From: Octopus sinensis | Lineage: Eukaryota | DNA: 64,000 nt | Reading direction: 5' to 3' | Assembly: GCF_006345805.1 (NCBI RefSeq) | Contig: NC_043021.1 | Location: 3,348,001 to 3,412,000 of the forward strand | Shown here: one piece after another, positions 43,282-56,339 of the stretch | How the letters are laid out: the number at the start of each line of letters is the position of its first letter | How positions within the stretch are numbered: position 1 is the first letter of the stretch | Translations under genes and position numbers: made by a program | The notes under the pieces: model-generated | Databases searched by the model: none | What the model was told of the DNA's origin: nothing | What the model saw: only the letters and a program-made list of their open reading frames with translations

Positions 43282-44437
43282 GTTCTAATCATTATTTAAA
43301 GTCATTAATTTTGAATGAGAGGAACAAGAAATTAATTCTGAAGAGAGAAGATATTTCCATTGTTTATCAAAGAAGAAATCAGAAAGTGATATGGAAAGAT
43401 AAATCTGAAACAAAGGGAGAATGAATATCAAGTCAAACGAGAAATGATGGCATGAAATTCTTCTTTGTTGAAATCAGTTCTAACTTCTTAAAAATGGTTT
43501 ATAATAAAACTTTTCTCTTGAATGCCAATCTGTTTTTCCTTAAAACACCTTTATGTTGTTTCGTGGCTTTATTACTGTTTAACCTTCAAATGGTCCTTTT
43601 GTTGTGAACTCTTAAGTGGGTGCTAGGTGTTTAGAGAGGTTATGTGCCTATACGATAATCTATCTAACTCCATATGTCCTTGTTATGTATCACATATATT
43701 TTTAATAATACTTCAGGTATTTTTTTTTTTCAAAGAAATTTTGAAAAGATCAATGACTAATCATTCCTGAATGATTCCCCCCCACCCTAAGCATTCAACA
43801 TCACTCATTAACTCATTCTTTTCCTCTCATCTACCAATTACTATCACGGAAAATAAAATGCCTTATTTAAAAAAAAAAAATTTCTATGTGATGCAACAAC
43901 TGTAGCTAAAGAGACTTGCCAAAATGGAAAAGGTGTTGCCCCAGAGGATGGAAAGGGAGATGTGCAAAAAAAGTCACTCTGACTCACAGGGCACTCACTT
44001 GTGGATAGCCATCTCTGCCTTGGTAGCAGTGACCACAGATGTAGTACAGGGGCCATCAACGTTAGGCCTCAACTTGTACACTCTGCTTCATTGCCCTTCT
44101 ATCCAGTTTTTTTCATCTCGTGTAAATTCCATCTTTTATGCATACTTCAGCAGAGCATGCTCATTTAATTTCTCTCAAGTCTTTGCAAATATTCTGCCCT
44201 CAGAAGCTGTAATTTCTACAAAAAAATAATCTTTCATCTTTTATTTATTTCATTCATTGAACCACGGCTTTGCTTGGGCATCACCTTGAAGGGTTTAGTC
44301 GAATAAATCAACCCCATACTTTTATGGGGAGAAACATATATTTAGTCTATTTTTCTTTCTTTTTCACAGATTAAGAAAACCAATAAACTACTAATTACAA
44401 AAGTTTAGAAAATTTGAAATTCTGAATTGAACCAACC

Positions 44438-46252
44438 ATGGGTCAACTGACAAACAATTATGAGTTAGGGCCTTCACAGAAACTTATTGCTGCACTTGGC
44501 AAACAAGAGGACAGTATGGAATGTGTAGGAACAACTGTGAATCCATTTATAGTGAAAGCTCTTATTTCGAAAATGGAACGTCAAGGAAAAATTGAACAGT
44601 ATACATTAAAGAAACGAATAAATAATAATAGTTTGAGTCTGAAGAAAAGATATACAGAACTTTTCCCAAAACTACCAGAATATAAGGATATGACAACTAA
44701 AAGAGAGAAGCCTTTTAGTAAAACGCTTTTCAAACGATTAGCACAAGTGTTAGTGGCTTTTTATTGTCTTTTTCATAAAAAAAAAGTAACCAAAGGGTCC
44801 TTTCCTGAGATGCCATTTCTACGCAAACAGAAAGGAGAAAGTTCCACACTACTATTTGAAAAGAGAAGGGTTCGGTCAGATGAAGGTGAAATACACGATG
44901 CTCAGAATCAGTGGCATGCAGCAATGAATATTGCAGCACTTATGGAAAAGATTAAAGGAGACACACTGTTTACAGAAAGTGTAGGATCAACTACTGAAGA
45001 TCTCTCTTTCAATCCTAGTTTTTTCAAAGTAGATAGAGAGACAACAATACTAAGCGAAGAAGCTCAAAATATTCTGAGACACATTCCAGAGAGAAGAACT
45101 CCTGAAGATGTAAAAATAGTTATCAACTGTCTTCAGAATGCTGGCCTTGCCTGTTTCTGCAACTACCCAGATGAAATTCAGAAGATGATTGCCAAAATAG
45201 CAGGCTATATGGTGGTGACACCTAAACGTGTAATCATTCGGCAAGGAATACGTGCTGAACACTTCTACTTCATTATTGGAGGTCGAGTGATGCTCTCAGA
45301 GAAAGATTATAAAATAGATGGGACAGAAACAGAAAAGACAACGATCTTACAGCCAGGGACAAGTTTTGGAGAACAAGATATGGTAAACCACACACTTCGA
45401 AGATTTAGTGCTATCAGTGTCAACACAGTTCAGTTACTCACCGTTGAACGGGAAGATATGCTAAGGGGATTCATAAGTTATAAAGTTGACAAACAAGTAC
45501 CAAACCATATTAAATTCCTTGCACATTGTAAATTTTTGCAATTCTGGCCAGTCGACCATTTAGGAAACAATTTGGAGCACTGTTTTGTATATTTTTTTAA
45601 AAGAGATGTAGTGGTACTTGAAGACAGTCACAATACAGATTGGATTTATATAATGAAAAAGGGTATATGTAGGGTCGTCAAAAGATTAAAAAAACCACAA
45701 ACACAACGTGTTAATATTGCCAATAATAGACTGAAATTCTTCACAAATACCAATTCTGAACAAAACTTTAAATTACCACTGAGAAAATCATATACAAATG
45801 CCAGGGTTTTACATAGCATAGATGTTGCAGACAGTGTGGTTTTTCCTAAAATAGCTTCAAGCATTCCTTCAACTGATAGATTATGCAACAAAACGAAGCA
45901 GGTATATAACGATAACAATTATGTAAATGTGCAAATTGATTTGCTTAAACGTAGAGATGTTTTTGGTCTGGACACATTGGTTTTCGACGAATATTTCATA
46001 CTTCCAGCCACTGATAGTGTTAGCCTAGTCAGTGGTGGGGCAGAAATAGTGTTGCTGTCAAAGAAATTCTTCATAAAACATGCTTCTGAACTAGTGAAAT
46101 GGCAGGTACGCAAACAAGCAAATAGCTATCCTAATAAAACTGACCTTGACGTCAAACTGGAAAGTCAACAAATGTGGAATGATTATAAAAAGAGTGTAAT
46201 GTCAGAACTAGTGAGTGGGAAAAAAAAACAAAGACCAAAAAGATGGAAATAA
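44438..46252 (+). CDS. Cyclic-nucleotide-binding-domain protein (CNBD1/CNBD2-like), 604 aa, copy 2; tandem paralog
   Basis: Same architecture as copy 1; acceptor ends at 44369; AATAAA at 46447; intact ORF. Confidence 0.88.
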   Translation: MGQLTNNYELGPSQKLIAALGKQEDSMECVGTTVNPFIVKALISKMERQGKIEQYTLKKRINNNSLSLKKRYTELFPKLPEYKDMTTKREKPFSKTLFKRLAQVLVAFYCLFHKKKVTKGSFPEMPFLRKQKGESSTLLFEKRRVRSDEGEIHDAQNQWHAAMNIAALMEKIKGDTLFTESVGSTTEDLSFNPSFFKVDRETTILSEEAQNILRHIPERRTPEDVKIVINCLQNAGLACFCNYPDEIQKMIAKIAGYMVVTPKRVIIRQGIRAEHFYFIIGGRVMLSEKDYKIDGTETEKTTILQPGTSFGEQDMVNHTLRRFSAISVNTVQLLTVEREDMLRGFISYKVDKQVPNHIKFLAHCKFLQFWPVDHLGNNLEHCFVYFFKRDVVVLEDSHNTDWIYIMKKGICRVVKRLKKPQTQRVNIANNRLKFFTNTNSEQNFKLPLRKSYTNARVLHSIDVADSVVFPKIASSIPSTDRLCNKTKQVYNDNNYVNVQIDLLKRRDVFGLDTLVFDEYFILPATDSVSLVSGGAEIVLLSKKFFIKHASELVKWQVRKQANSYPNKTDLDVKLESQQMWNDYKKSVMSELVSGKKKQRPKRWK

Positions 46253-47442
46253 GTTCTAATCATTATTTAAAGTCATTGATTTTGAAGAGAGAAGATATTT
46301 CCATTGTTTATCAAAGAAGAAATCAGAAAGTGATATGGAAAGATAAATCTGAAACAAAGGGAGAATGAATATCAAGTCAAACGAGAAATGATGGCATGAA
46401 ATTCTTCTTTGTTGAAATCAGTTCTAACTTCTTAAAAATGGTTTATAATAAAACTTTTCTCTTGAATGCCAATCTGTTTTTCCTTAAAACACCTTTATGT
46501 TGTTTCGTGGCTTTATTACTGTTTAACCTTCAAATGGTCCTTTTGTTGTGAACTCTTAAGAGGGTGCCAGGTGTTTAGAGAGGTTGTGGTTTTTCTTAGA
46601 AATAAAATATTTAAGCTTGATTTAGTATTTATATTCTAAACACATTTAAAAATATTTTACTTGTTTCAGACTGCGGCCATGCTGGGGCATCACCTTGAAG
46701 AAATTTTAGTCAAATAAATCAACCCTAATACTTATTTTGATTTTTTTAAAGCTAGGTATTTATTCTATAAGTCTCTATTGCTGAACTGCTGAGTTATGGG
46801 GATGTAAACACACCAACACTGGTTGTCAAGCAGTGGTGGTGGACAAACAGACAAAAAGATACATACATAAATAAACACACACAACAGGCTTCTTTCAGTT
46901 TCCATCAACCAAATTCACTGACAAGGTTTTGGTTGGCCTGGGGCCCAACCATGTGGTTGGGAAGCAAACTTCTGACCACGTAGCCATGCCTACATCATCA
47001 TCATCATTTAGCGTCCGCTTTCCATGCTAGCATGGGTTGGACGGTTCAACTGGGGTCTGTGAAGCTGGAAGGCTTCATCAGGCCCAGTCAGATCTGGCAG
47101 TGTTTCTACGGCTGGATGCCCTTCCTAACACCAACCACTCCGTGAGTGTAGTGGGTACTTTTTACGTGCCACCCGCACAGGTGCCAGATGGAGCTGGCAA
47201 ACGGCCACGAACGGATGGTGCTTTTACGTGTCACCGGCACGGGGGCCAGGCGAGGCTGGCAATGGACACGAACGGATGGTGCTTTTACGTGCCACCAACA
47301 CGGGGGCCAGACCTACATCATATTCAAAATATTTCATTAGTTATGAATTTCATGTTTCAGTAACAATGTTTATTATGTGTGAAACTTACAACTAGAGAAA
47401 CAGATGTGACATGAAAAAGACGAACCTCCACGGAAGCAATCA

Positions 47443-47498
47443 GTGTCAAGAGGTCATGGTGTCAAGAGGTCATGGTGTCAAGAGGTTATGGTGTCAAG
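47443..47498 (+). repeat. 3.5 x 16-bp tandem repeat (gtgtcaagaggtcatg)
   Basis: Directly visible. Confidence 0.9.
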
Positions 47499-49848
47499 GT
47501 TTGTTCTAGTTCTTTAGACAGTCAGCCATCAACACATCACAAGACAATGGAACAGACAGTTCAAAAACATGGGAGGTTGGTCAAATAAAGTAACGACTCC
47601 CGAATGTCCTTCCAAGGCTATGTGATTAAAAAAAATAGATTCAACTTTTATCGGACAAGTGAATTAAGAATTTGAAGAAAATTATTGAAATTTCACCAAT
47701 TTTGCAAAATGTCCCCTATTAGCTATGCCACTTATAACAGCACATCACCGCATCCACCATTTGTTGGTGATACCCTACTCCTAGTGGATGATGATATTTT
47801 AGGTACTGAATTAGCTGAGTTATTAGAGGAGTAGAACAAAGTGCTTTAGAGTATTTATAACAACCCTTCGGCCCACTGATCTAATTGGATGGTCATTGCT
47901 GACGAGGGGTTTTACTAGGTTGGAGTGTAAATCATACCTGAAGCCTATTTTAGTTGCCTTTTACAACACTCAGAGGAAATGTGGAGTCTATTCTTTGGCA
48001 TGGCAATTCCTGGCACAATACAAGAGCAACATGAAATGAACTGTTTTGCTCAAGAATACAAGCTGCCTGGTCCAGGAATTGAACCCATGATCTGATGATT
48101 GTGAGTGCAACACCTAAAATACTAGCCCACATGCCTGAAGGAAGGGTCCAAATGGTGAAGACCTGAGTAAAATAGGCATAAAAGGGGTCCATAGGTGAAA
48201 AATGGTTGAGAAACACTGGACTAAACCCTTCAAGGCAGTGCCCCAGCATGGCAGCAGTCTGAAATAAGTAAAAGATAAAAAGATTAGATAGGTCCCTTAC
48301 CAAGTTGGGTAGCTGTGAGTTTTTGTTAAGTAGCGATTAGGGTTAGGGTTAGTGAAACACAAATACATCCAATAGGTTTCTTTTAGTTTCCATTTACCAA
48401 ATACACTCACATGGCTTTAGTCAACTCAAAACTACAAGAGAAGACATTTGACCAAGATGCAATGCAGAGGAATTGAACCCAGAACAATGTGGTTGGGAAG
48501 TAATCTTCTTAACTGCAGCAACACTGTGCCAAATTTTTATGGTAAGGACCCACCAAGACAAGTGAAGCTGTAGTCATGACAACATAAACCAAATTAGAAA
48601 GATGGAACGGGCTGGGCATGTGTAAGCTGCAAGATGAAACGTATATTGGTTTCAAATTTTGGCACGGGCCCAGCAAGTTTGACAGAAGGGATAAGTCAAC
48701 TGCATCGCCACTGGTGCTTATTTTATCAACCCTGGCAGAATTGGAACTCAGAAACTGCGTGTCACTTTGGGTAGGTGTCTTCTGCTATAGCCCCGAGCCG
48801 ACCGAAGCTTTGTGATTGAATTCGGCAGGCGGAAGTTACTGCCGTGTGTGTAGGTGCTTGTGCCTCTCTGAAAGAGAGAGAGGGAATGCCAAGACGGATG
48901 AAATGCTGCTAAGTAATGACCCACCAAGCCAAGTGAAACTGTAGTCGTGGCCGATACCAGTGTTACGTAACAGGCACCTGTGCCAGTGGCACATAAAAAA
49001 AGCACCCTTCGAATTTTGGGCCTCGCAGAGGTGATAAGTGACCAAAACCTCAGGCAATATGCTGCACTTGAGAACACCCACCAAGTCAAGGGAAATCATA
49101 GCCATGGCTGATGCTGGTGTCATGTAACAGGCACCTGTGCTGATGGCACATGAAAGGCATGCACCCATTACACTCTTGGAGTGGTTGGCATTAGGAAAGG
49201 CATCCAGCTGTAGAAACTATGCCAAATCAGATTGGAACCTGGTGCAGCTCTCCAGCTTACCAGTTTCAGTCAAACTATCTAACCCATGCCAGCATGGAAA
49301 GCAGATGAAGATGATGCTGATGATGATGATGATGATGATATACTCAGTGAAATGACTTCAATACATGTTTATCAAACTGAGAGTGATTTAGATTAGAAAA
49401 TATAGATGAACCAACTAAATAATCTGGTATTATATCATTTGTCCTTCTCTACTGAAATTTTTGGGCAAATGATAGAAAGGTTAAAAAAAAAAAAAAATCA
49501 AAACTTTTAATTTACAATTGGATTCCCATAAAAATTTATTCATTTTTTAAAGATGTTGTTGTTGTGTTATTATTTAAGTTGTAAAATACTTGAGTGGGTG
49601 AGGAGTTGTTGTTTTTGTATTTTGAGGCAGCGATTGGTGGCTCGGAATATATCTTCCAAAATCACCAAGGCAGCCAATAAACAACTAATGATCAAGAAAA
49701 AAAAAAAAAAAAGACCCAGAATGACTTATGTCTGTCACAGAAGAGAGTGTCAGCAAATGAAGGGAGTGGGGTATGATGAAGGAGATAAAGATAGACAACA
49801 CGAGAGGTAAAAACATACAAGAGGTAGAGCACCCGCCTCAATGGCCCC

Positions 49849-50400
49849 CTAAGATGGATATTGCCAAACATCTGTTGATATCTGCTCAGTCTGAATCACT
49901 TTGTTCACCCGCTTTAATTTAAAATTACGACACAGACTCAGTATTTGAATCTTCAGTTCATATTTGTCCGACTCATTTTTTATCTGCCTCAACTCTTCCC
50001 CTACAATTTTGCCAAACATTTCATCGACGTCGACCTGGACAGACGATGGCGTGGGATCTTTGAACTCATTAAATATATCGTCGCACGTGTTGAGAACTTG
50101 TACGCTACGAGTTTCAATGTGGTTGGCTGACTTGGACTTTTTGGGTTTGTCACTGTTCGTCGGTGACAGCGACCGCTTAATGAAGAGTGTGTGTGGCATT
50201 AACGAAAAGTCATCAATGTTTGGGTTCGGTTGTGCTTCATGCGTAAGACGTGGTGAGTCCTGACTCACATTGGAAGCATCTCCATTCCAACAGTCAGAAT
50301 CTCTGTTTTGGAGGTAGCTGTGTTCATCAGGCCAGCTGGTGACAGATTCATCCATTTCTCCTTGGTCCAAAGGATTCACAACATGTGCCGGAATATTCGC
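49849..50400 (-). CDS. MADF protein gene A, exon 3 (acidic linker and BESS-like C-terminal motif); full product 305 aa
   Basis: Acceptor cattccag, phase 0 matching exon 2; DEMFGKIVGEELRQIKNESDKYELKIQILSLC resembles the BESS-like tail of MADF proteins; TAG at 49849-49851. Confidence 0.8.
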   Translation of the reverse strand, partial: ANIPAHVVNPLDQGEMDESVTSWPDEHSYLQNRDSDCWNGDASNVSQDSPRLTHEAQPNPNIDDFSLMPHTLFIKRSLSPTNSDKPKKSKSANHIETRSVQVLNTCDDIFNEFKDPTPSSVQVDVDEMFGKIVGEELRQIKNESDKYELKIQILSLCRNFKLKRVNKVIQTEQISTDVWQYPS

Positions 50401-50518
50401 CTGGAATGTTAAAAACAAGAGAATATAAGAGTCAGTAAGGTGAAGACTGGGGAGGAGAAAAATGACAAAACTCAGACCTTTGTCACAGGCAATGCCTTGT
50501 CATCTTCGGCTTCATCAT

Positions 50519-51145
50519 TTAACCCTTTAGCATTCAGAAACCTGGACGTTATCAAAGAAGCTTGGGAGGCGGTTGGATGGAACCTACACTCGCCTCCTTA
50601 TGAGAGCTCAAAATCTCTCGTGGAGGCGCCATCCAACCAAAATGCAAATATATGGGAAACTACCACCTGTGTCATCTCTTGTGAAAGGTAGGAGAGTCCA
50701 GTTTGCTGGACATTGTTGTAGAGCTGAAAACGAGGTAATTTCTACTCTTCTCCTCTGGAAGCCATCTACTCGCAATACCAGAGGGCGTACACTCTCCTAC
50801 CCTGATGTAATCTCCAGGGATACAGGCATCCAGCAACAGGACCTCCGTAATGCTATGATGGACCGTGAAGTCTGGCGTAACATAGTAAATTCCATTGTCT
50901 CGACCACGGTCGAACAATAATGATGATTAGCATTCAGATTATTCTGTCAAAGGTAACACTTTTTCATTCAAACTGTTTTTAATTAATCCTGCATTATTTT
51001 GCAGCTTTGAAATTTTGATGACGTGACTGCATATTTTATAATGGCATTGAAGGGTAGGTATGATAGACTTGATCTGGATGGTTAGAACATAAAACATGAA
51101 GCATATTTGGGCCGGACATAGCCAGTTTAAATGCTAAAGGGTTAA
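50519..51145. mobile_element. piggyBac-type MITE interrupted by the RTE fragment
   Basis: TTAA-CCCTTTAG...CTAAAGGG-TTAA termini; homologous to 16279-16505. Confidence 0.7.
50539..50926 (+). mobile_element. 5'-truncated RTE-type LINE 3' end
   Basis: TWTLSKKL.RRLDGTYTRLLMRA..RRVQFAGHC..DREVWR; (GAT)n tail; 12-bp TSD ttagcattcaga at 50527 and 50927. Confidence 0.85.
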
Positions 51146-51409
51146 TGTTTATTTTTCCATGTTTGTATGGGTCAGACAAAATTTGTTGAAACAGATTTTT
51201 TTTTTTGAAGTTGGATGCCTGGCCTCTTGCCAACAGTTACTTGTTTCCATGCAAGGGGATATTTCATTGTGTGTGTGGTGTCTGTGAATGTTTATATTGC
51301 GGATTGTACATGAAAAAAGCACTGAGCTATATAGACAACCTTGTTTGTCAACAAAATCGTCCACTAACTCTGCCTTTTCAAATATTAGTGGAATGAAAAT
51401 CCCTTACTA

Positions 51410-51800
51410 GGTGCAGGAGTGGCTGTGTGGTAAGTAGCTTGCTAACCAACCACATGGTTCAGGGTTCAGTCCCACTGCGTGGCACCTTGGGCAAGTGTCT
51501 TCTACTATAGCCCCGGGCCAACCAATGCCTTGTGAGTGGATTTGGTAGACGGAAAACTGAAAGAAGCCCGTCGTATATATGTATATATATATGTGTGTGT
51601 GTGTTTGTGTGTCTGTGTTTGTCCCCCTAGCATTGCTTGACAACCGATGCTGGCGTGTTTATGTCCCTGTCACTTAGCGGTTCGGCAAAAGAGACCGATA
51701 GAATAAGTACTGGGCTTACAAAGAATAAGTCCCGGGGGTCGATTTGCTCGGGCCACAGTCAAATGACTGAAACAAGTAAAAGAGTAAAAAGAGTAAGAGT
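51410..51800 (+). mobile_element. SINE family A (intron 2 of MADF gene A)
   Basis: Near full length. Confidence 0.88.
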
Positions 51801-53109
51801 ACTTGAAAATCATACCAGGGCATCCAGCAGTAAAAACAATACTTCAATAACATGTATTTCTTCTAAGCCATGTTATTAGCACAGAGGAGTAGATGTAAAG
51901 CAAATAAACAAAATAACTGAACTTGACCTCAGCCCTGCTTCCTGGTTCTCCTTCAGTTACAATAATGAGTATTCCAGTTGATTCAATTAATGGAATAGCC
52001 TGCTCGTGAAATTAACGTGCAAGTGGCAGAGCACTCCACAGACACACGTACCCTTAAAGGGCAGTTCTCAAGGAGATTCAGCATACATATTGAATGTGAC
52101 AAGGCTGACCCTTTGAAATACAGGTACTACTCATTTTTGCCAGCTGAGTGGACTGGAGTAACATGAAATAAAGTGTCTTGCTCAAGGACACAACGCGCCA
52201 CCAGGAATCGAACTGACAACCTTATGATCGAATACCGTAATCATTAAGCCACGTGCCTCCAGTATCTTACAGTTAATAGAAAAATCACAACAGCAAAGTG
52301 GAAAAGCCTAACAATAGTTGTTATGATAAAAGTGCATCCAATGCATTTTGTGAAGTGGTGGATAAATGAAGGGAGACACCATAGAGTTGAGAGTACTTTT
52401 TGGCAGGGATACAATAGCCTCTCCAGCACTGGTGCTATGGAAAGAATATTTGCCCAGTACGCTCTACAATGGCTAATGAACGTACAGAGAATGTAGGGTT
52501 CAGGAGTATGCTTTGGTGTTTTCTTGTCAAGAACACTAACACCTCTCTAGTGCCGATGTGTGATGACAAAATGCACCCTGTACACTCTGTAGAGTGGTTG
52601 ACATTAGTAAAAGGCATCCAGCCATAGAATGTAGCAACCATGCCAAATGAAAATAGACAAAAGAGGCATGGTCCCAGGTCACACGTAGGAGGGCAGCAAC
52701 CCAAACAAGGACTCAGACTTTGATGACCTTTTCAACACATGCCAGCATGGTAAATGGATGTAAGATGATGAGTGATGTATACAAGCATACAGGGAGTTCA
52801 GGCTAAATATGATTATTTTTTTTCTTTTTCTCCTTTTTTCAGGAACAACTTGATATATTGGTGAACAGTCGACAGCATTGGAGAGCATAAAGATTTAAGT
52901 TGTAGTTGAGAAAAAGTTAACTGACATGGTGGACTGGAAACCATCTAAATATTAGAAAAGAGGTACCTATGTCATGATGATTGATGCTGGGTATTAAAAT
53001 GCCAACATCATGACTGCTGCTCAGTACTCTGTGAACACCATACATAGATACATACACACACACATTCACAGATATGCAAGCATGGAAAAGCAGATGCTAA
53101 ATGATGGTA

Positions 53110-53570
53110 TATACTCAAAGAGTCCAGAAGCTGACTACCCGCATGGTTCTTGGTCTCAAGCATTTGTCTTATGAAGAAAGGCTGAAGACACTCGACCTTT
53201 ATTCTCTAGAAAAACGACGACACTGTAGTGATCTCATTCTTGCTCACATCATAAGCGGAAAGTGTAACCTCTCGAAAGAGCTGTTCTTCACTCCTGCTCC
53301 AGAGTGTCGGCTGCGGGGTCACTCTGAAAAGATCTATCTGCGACGATTTCATCTCAATCGAAGGAGAGGGGCTTTCTCCGTCCGGGGTGCGGATCCGTGG
53401 AATAAGCTGCCGGACGAGATAGTGAAGATGCCGACGACTGCTCGGTTCAAAGTCTCCCTTGACCACAAATAGCCCGAACTCTTTGCATGAACACCACCTT
53501 GTACATAACTCCATGTCCCCCTACATGGCCTTGTTTTTGAGCCAAAAAATTAACTTAACTTAACTAACTT
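53110..53570 (+). mobile_element. CR1-type LINE 3' end
   Basis: QRVQK.TTRMV.GLKHLSYEERLKTLDLYSLEKRR..LRGHS..FS.R..DPWNKLP; (TAAC)n-like tail. Confidence 0.85.
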
Positions 53571-53675
53571 ATGTGTACATACACCCAAACTCACACACAC
53601 ATGACAATGAGAGAGATACTATTTATTATCCTAGACCTAAAAGAACAGAACATAACAAAACAGGGTAACACTAAC

Positions 53676-53863
53676 CATTTTAATCCTTGGGTGCCTTGGG
53701 TGGTAGGTACCTTGTAGAAAGTCATTTAAAGGCTTAAATAACCACCAAGTTGGGGTGTAGATTTCATCGACACTGGCACCACTTCGGATACTCTCTTGGA
53801 TTTTTCTTGTCTCCCGAGCATAGTTTGATTTCAGGGTATTCCACCGTTTTTGGACTAACTCAC
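53676..53863 (-). CDS. MADF protein gene A, exon 2 (completes the MADF domain)
   Basis: Pyrimidine-rich acceptor cttccag; phase matches exon 1; GELVQKRWNTLKSNYARE...YTPTWWLFKPLNDFL; phase-0 donor ATG|GTTAGT. Confidence 0.88.
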
Positions 53864-55611
53864 CTGGAAGTTGAGAGAAAAAGAAAACAAATATCCAAAT
53901 AGTGAATTTTGAAAATAGAAGCAATACAACAACACTAATAGATACTGACATGAAACTTTAAATATTTCCAAATGGGTTTGACATTTCATGGTACAATGAC
54001 ATTGTATATACAGAGCTGTTACTGGGAGGGGTAGAGTGGTAGACATATTCTGTTAATTTAGTAAAGTTTTTTTCTCTTTTGAGGGATCTATGTGGCTACC
54101 TACCTCTAATAAGGGAGAGAAAAGGGAAAAAGATGAATAGAAACTGCAAGAGATAGATAATGGCAATGAAGAGCCCAGGTGACCCCACAAGGTGCAAAGT
54201 GAGTAAAAGTTGGTGGGTGGGCAGTTTGCAAGACTGTATGGGAAAAAGAATGATGGGGAAGCAAACTGCCAAAATGGGTAGGGTTGAAGAGGGGATGAGC
54301 AAAGGACCATGGGCTGGAGGAAGACAGATGGATGCAAAAGAGAGTAAGGAAGAGCAGCAGGAGTAGTAAAGGTGATACAGTTGCCAAGGAAGAAGACAAG
54401 GAGAGAGAGAGGGATGGCATGATTGGGTAGTCTGAAAGAACTGAGGTGGGAGGGAAGAAGAAGCAGGCACAATGCATGAAAGGAGAGTGCGAGTTACTGT
54501 AACATGGGTGGCAAGTACAAAACAACACTTCCAGAACTCAGTTTTGCTGAGGAGGACAAGTCCTTTTGAAAATCTCACATCACCAGAAATCCTAGTCATT
54601 TGTCATCCATTCCAATCAATATCCTCATCACTTAACATCTGCCTTCCATGCTGGCATGGGTGGGACGGTTTGACAAGAGCTGGCCAGGCACAAGCCTGCA
54701 CCAGACTTTTGTAACTTTTGGCAGGATTTTTACAGCTGGATGCCCTTCCTAACTGAAACCACTCAGCAGAGTGAACTTAGGGCTCTTTACATGGCACAAG
54801 CACAGGCGAGGTCAGTTTTGGCAAGGTTTTTACAGCAGGGCGCCCTTCTAAATGCCACCCACTTTACAGTGAGGACTGGGTGCTTTTAAGTGGCACCTGC
54901 ACTGACAGGGTCCCCAAGCACTTGCAAGACAACAAATAAAAAAAAAACTACATAGATGTAGAATCAAAGAAAACCTAATTCATACTAAGAAACTTTTGAA
55001 GATAAAGAATTAAAGCGTAACAAGTGCCAGATCACACATTTATTTAACTGTTCAAAGTGCCTGAACACAAATATCTACGGCAGCCCTTACATCGAGTGAA
55101 TACAGTTGTCATGCATGAACAAACCTCCAGAAAGACCGCAAAGGGAGGAGGTGATCCACACCAAAGAATGGATAGGGAGGAAAATGGTAGATAACATGAG
55201 GTTAGTTGACAACCGAGAAAGAAGAATGTTGGTTGTTACTGGCCGTGCACCCACGATCTAACGCAGACCAAGATATGGATTAATGAAACTGAAATCCTTA
55301 AATAACAATCATCATCATCATCATCATCGTTTAACGTCCGTTCTCCATGCTAGCATGGGTTGGACGGTTCGACCGGGGATCTCGGAAGCCAGGAGGCTGC
55401 CCCAGGCTCCGGTCTTATCTGGCAGTGTTTCTACAGCTGGATGCCCTTCCTAACGCCAACCACTCCGTGAGTGTAGTGGGTGCTTTTTACGTGCCACCTG
55501 CACAGGTGCCAGGCGAGGCTGGCAACGGCCACGGTCGGATTGGTGTATTTTATGTGCCACCGGCACGGAAGCCAGTCGAGGCGGCGCTGAAATGAAATAC
55601 TCCTTTTTTTT

Positions 55612-55827
55612 GTTTACTCTTTTTTTTTATTTGTTTCAGTCATTTGACTGCGGCCATGCTGGAGCACCACCTTTAATCGAGCACCTCCACCCCGGGACTT
55701 ATTCTTTGTAAGCCCAGTACTTATTCTATCGGTCTCTTTTGCCAAACCGCTAATTGACGGGGACATAAACACACCAGCATTGGTTGTCAAGCAATGCTAG
55801 AGGGACAAACACAGACAAACAAACATG

Positions 55828-55877
<50 letters not shown>

Positions 55878-56015
55878 TACGACGGGCTTCTTTCAGTTTC
55901 CGTCTACCAAATCCACTCACAAGGCATTGGTCGGCCCGGGGCTATAGTAGAAGACACTTGCCCAAGATGCCATGTGGTTGGTAAACAAGCTACTTACCAC
56001 ACAGCCACTCCTGCA
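55612..56015 (-). mobile_element. SINE family A
   Basis: Near full length with an internal deletion. Confidence 0.85.
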
Positions 56016-56339
56016 CCTATGATTTTGATTTTGATTTTTCCAGTTTCAGCTCATGAGCTGTGGCCATGCTGGGGCACCTATGTTATTTTTTTTTTATTAA
56101 TTTTTGAAGATTAACTGATCAACACAGCTAGTGGATAATTCTACCAAATGCATCGTATTTGAAGGCATCCCCCCTTCCAACCACATTAACACGTTTTGTT
56201 GACTTTGTTTACCCGACACGAATGAGGCTGCTGATTCAAACGGAATGAAACACAAGAAAAAAGTTGCTCAAATATCACAAGAAGTTAAAAGTAATATTTC
56301 TTGTGTGCAAATTAGCTTCACTGACACTTTAACGAAAAT

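Larger units (their letters stand above)
40636..46585 (+). repeat. Head-to-tail segmental duplication, unit ~3.0 kb (40636-43641 and 43646-46585)
   Basis: Both units begin gcctatacgat..ctaac.ccat..tatgtatcacatat and end gtgtttagagaggtt; start offset 3010 bp. Confidence 0.93.

Noticed and set aside
53700-53712. Alternative donor CAAG|GTACCT in MADF exon 2
   Set aside because: Weak consensus, and phase 1 is incompatible with the phase-0 exon 3; the GTTAGT donor at 53675 fits
54053-54599. Overlapping Ser/Leu/Phe/Pro-rich minus-strand ORFs
   Set aside because: Product of a purine-rich low-complexity tract inside MADF intron 1
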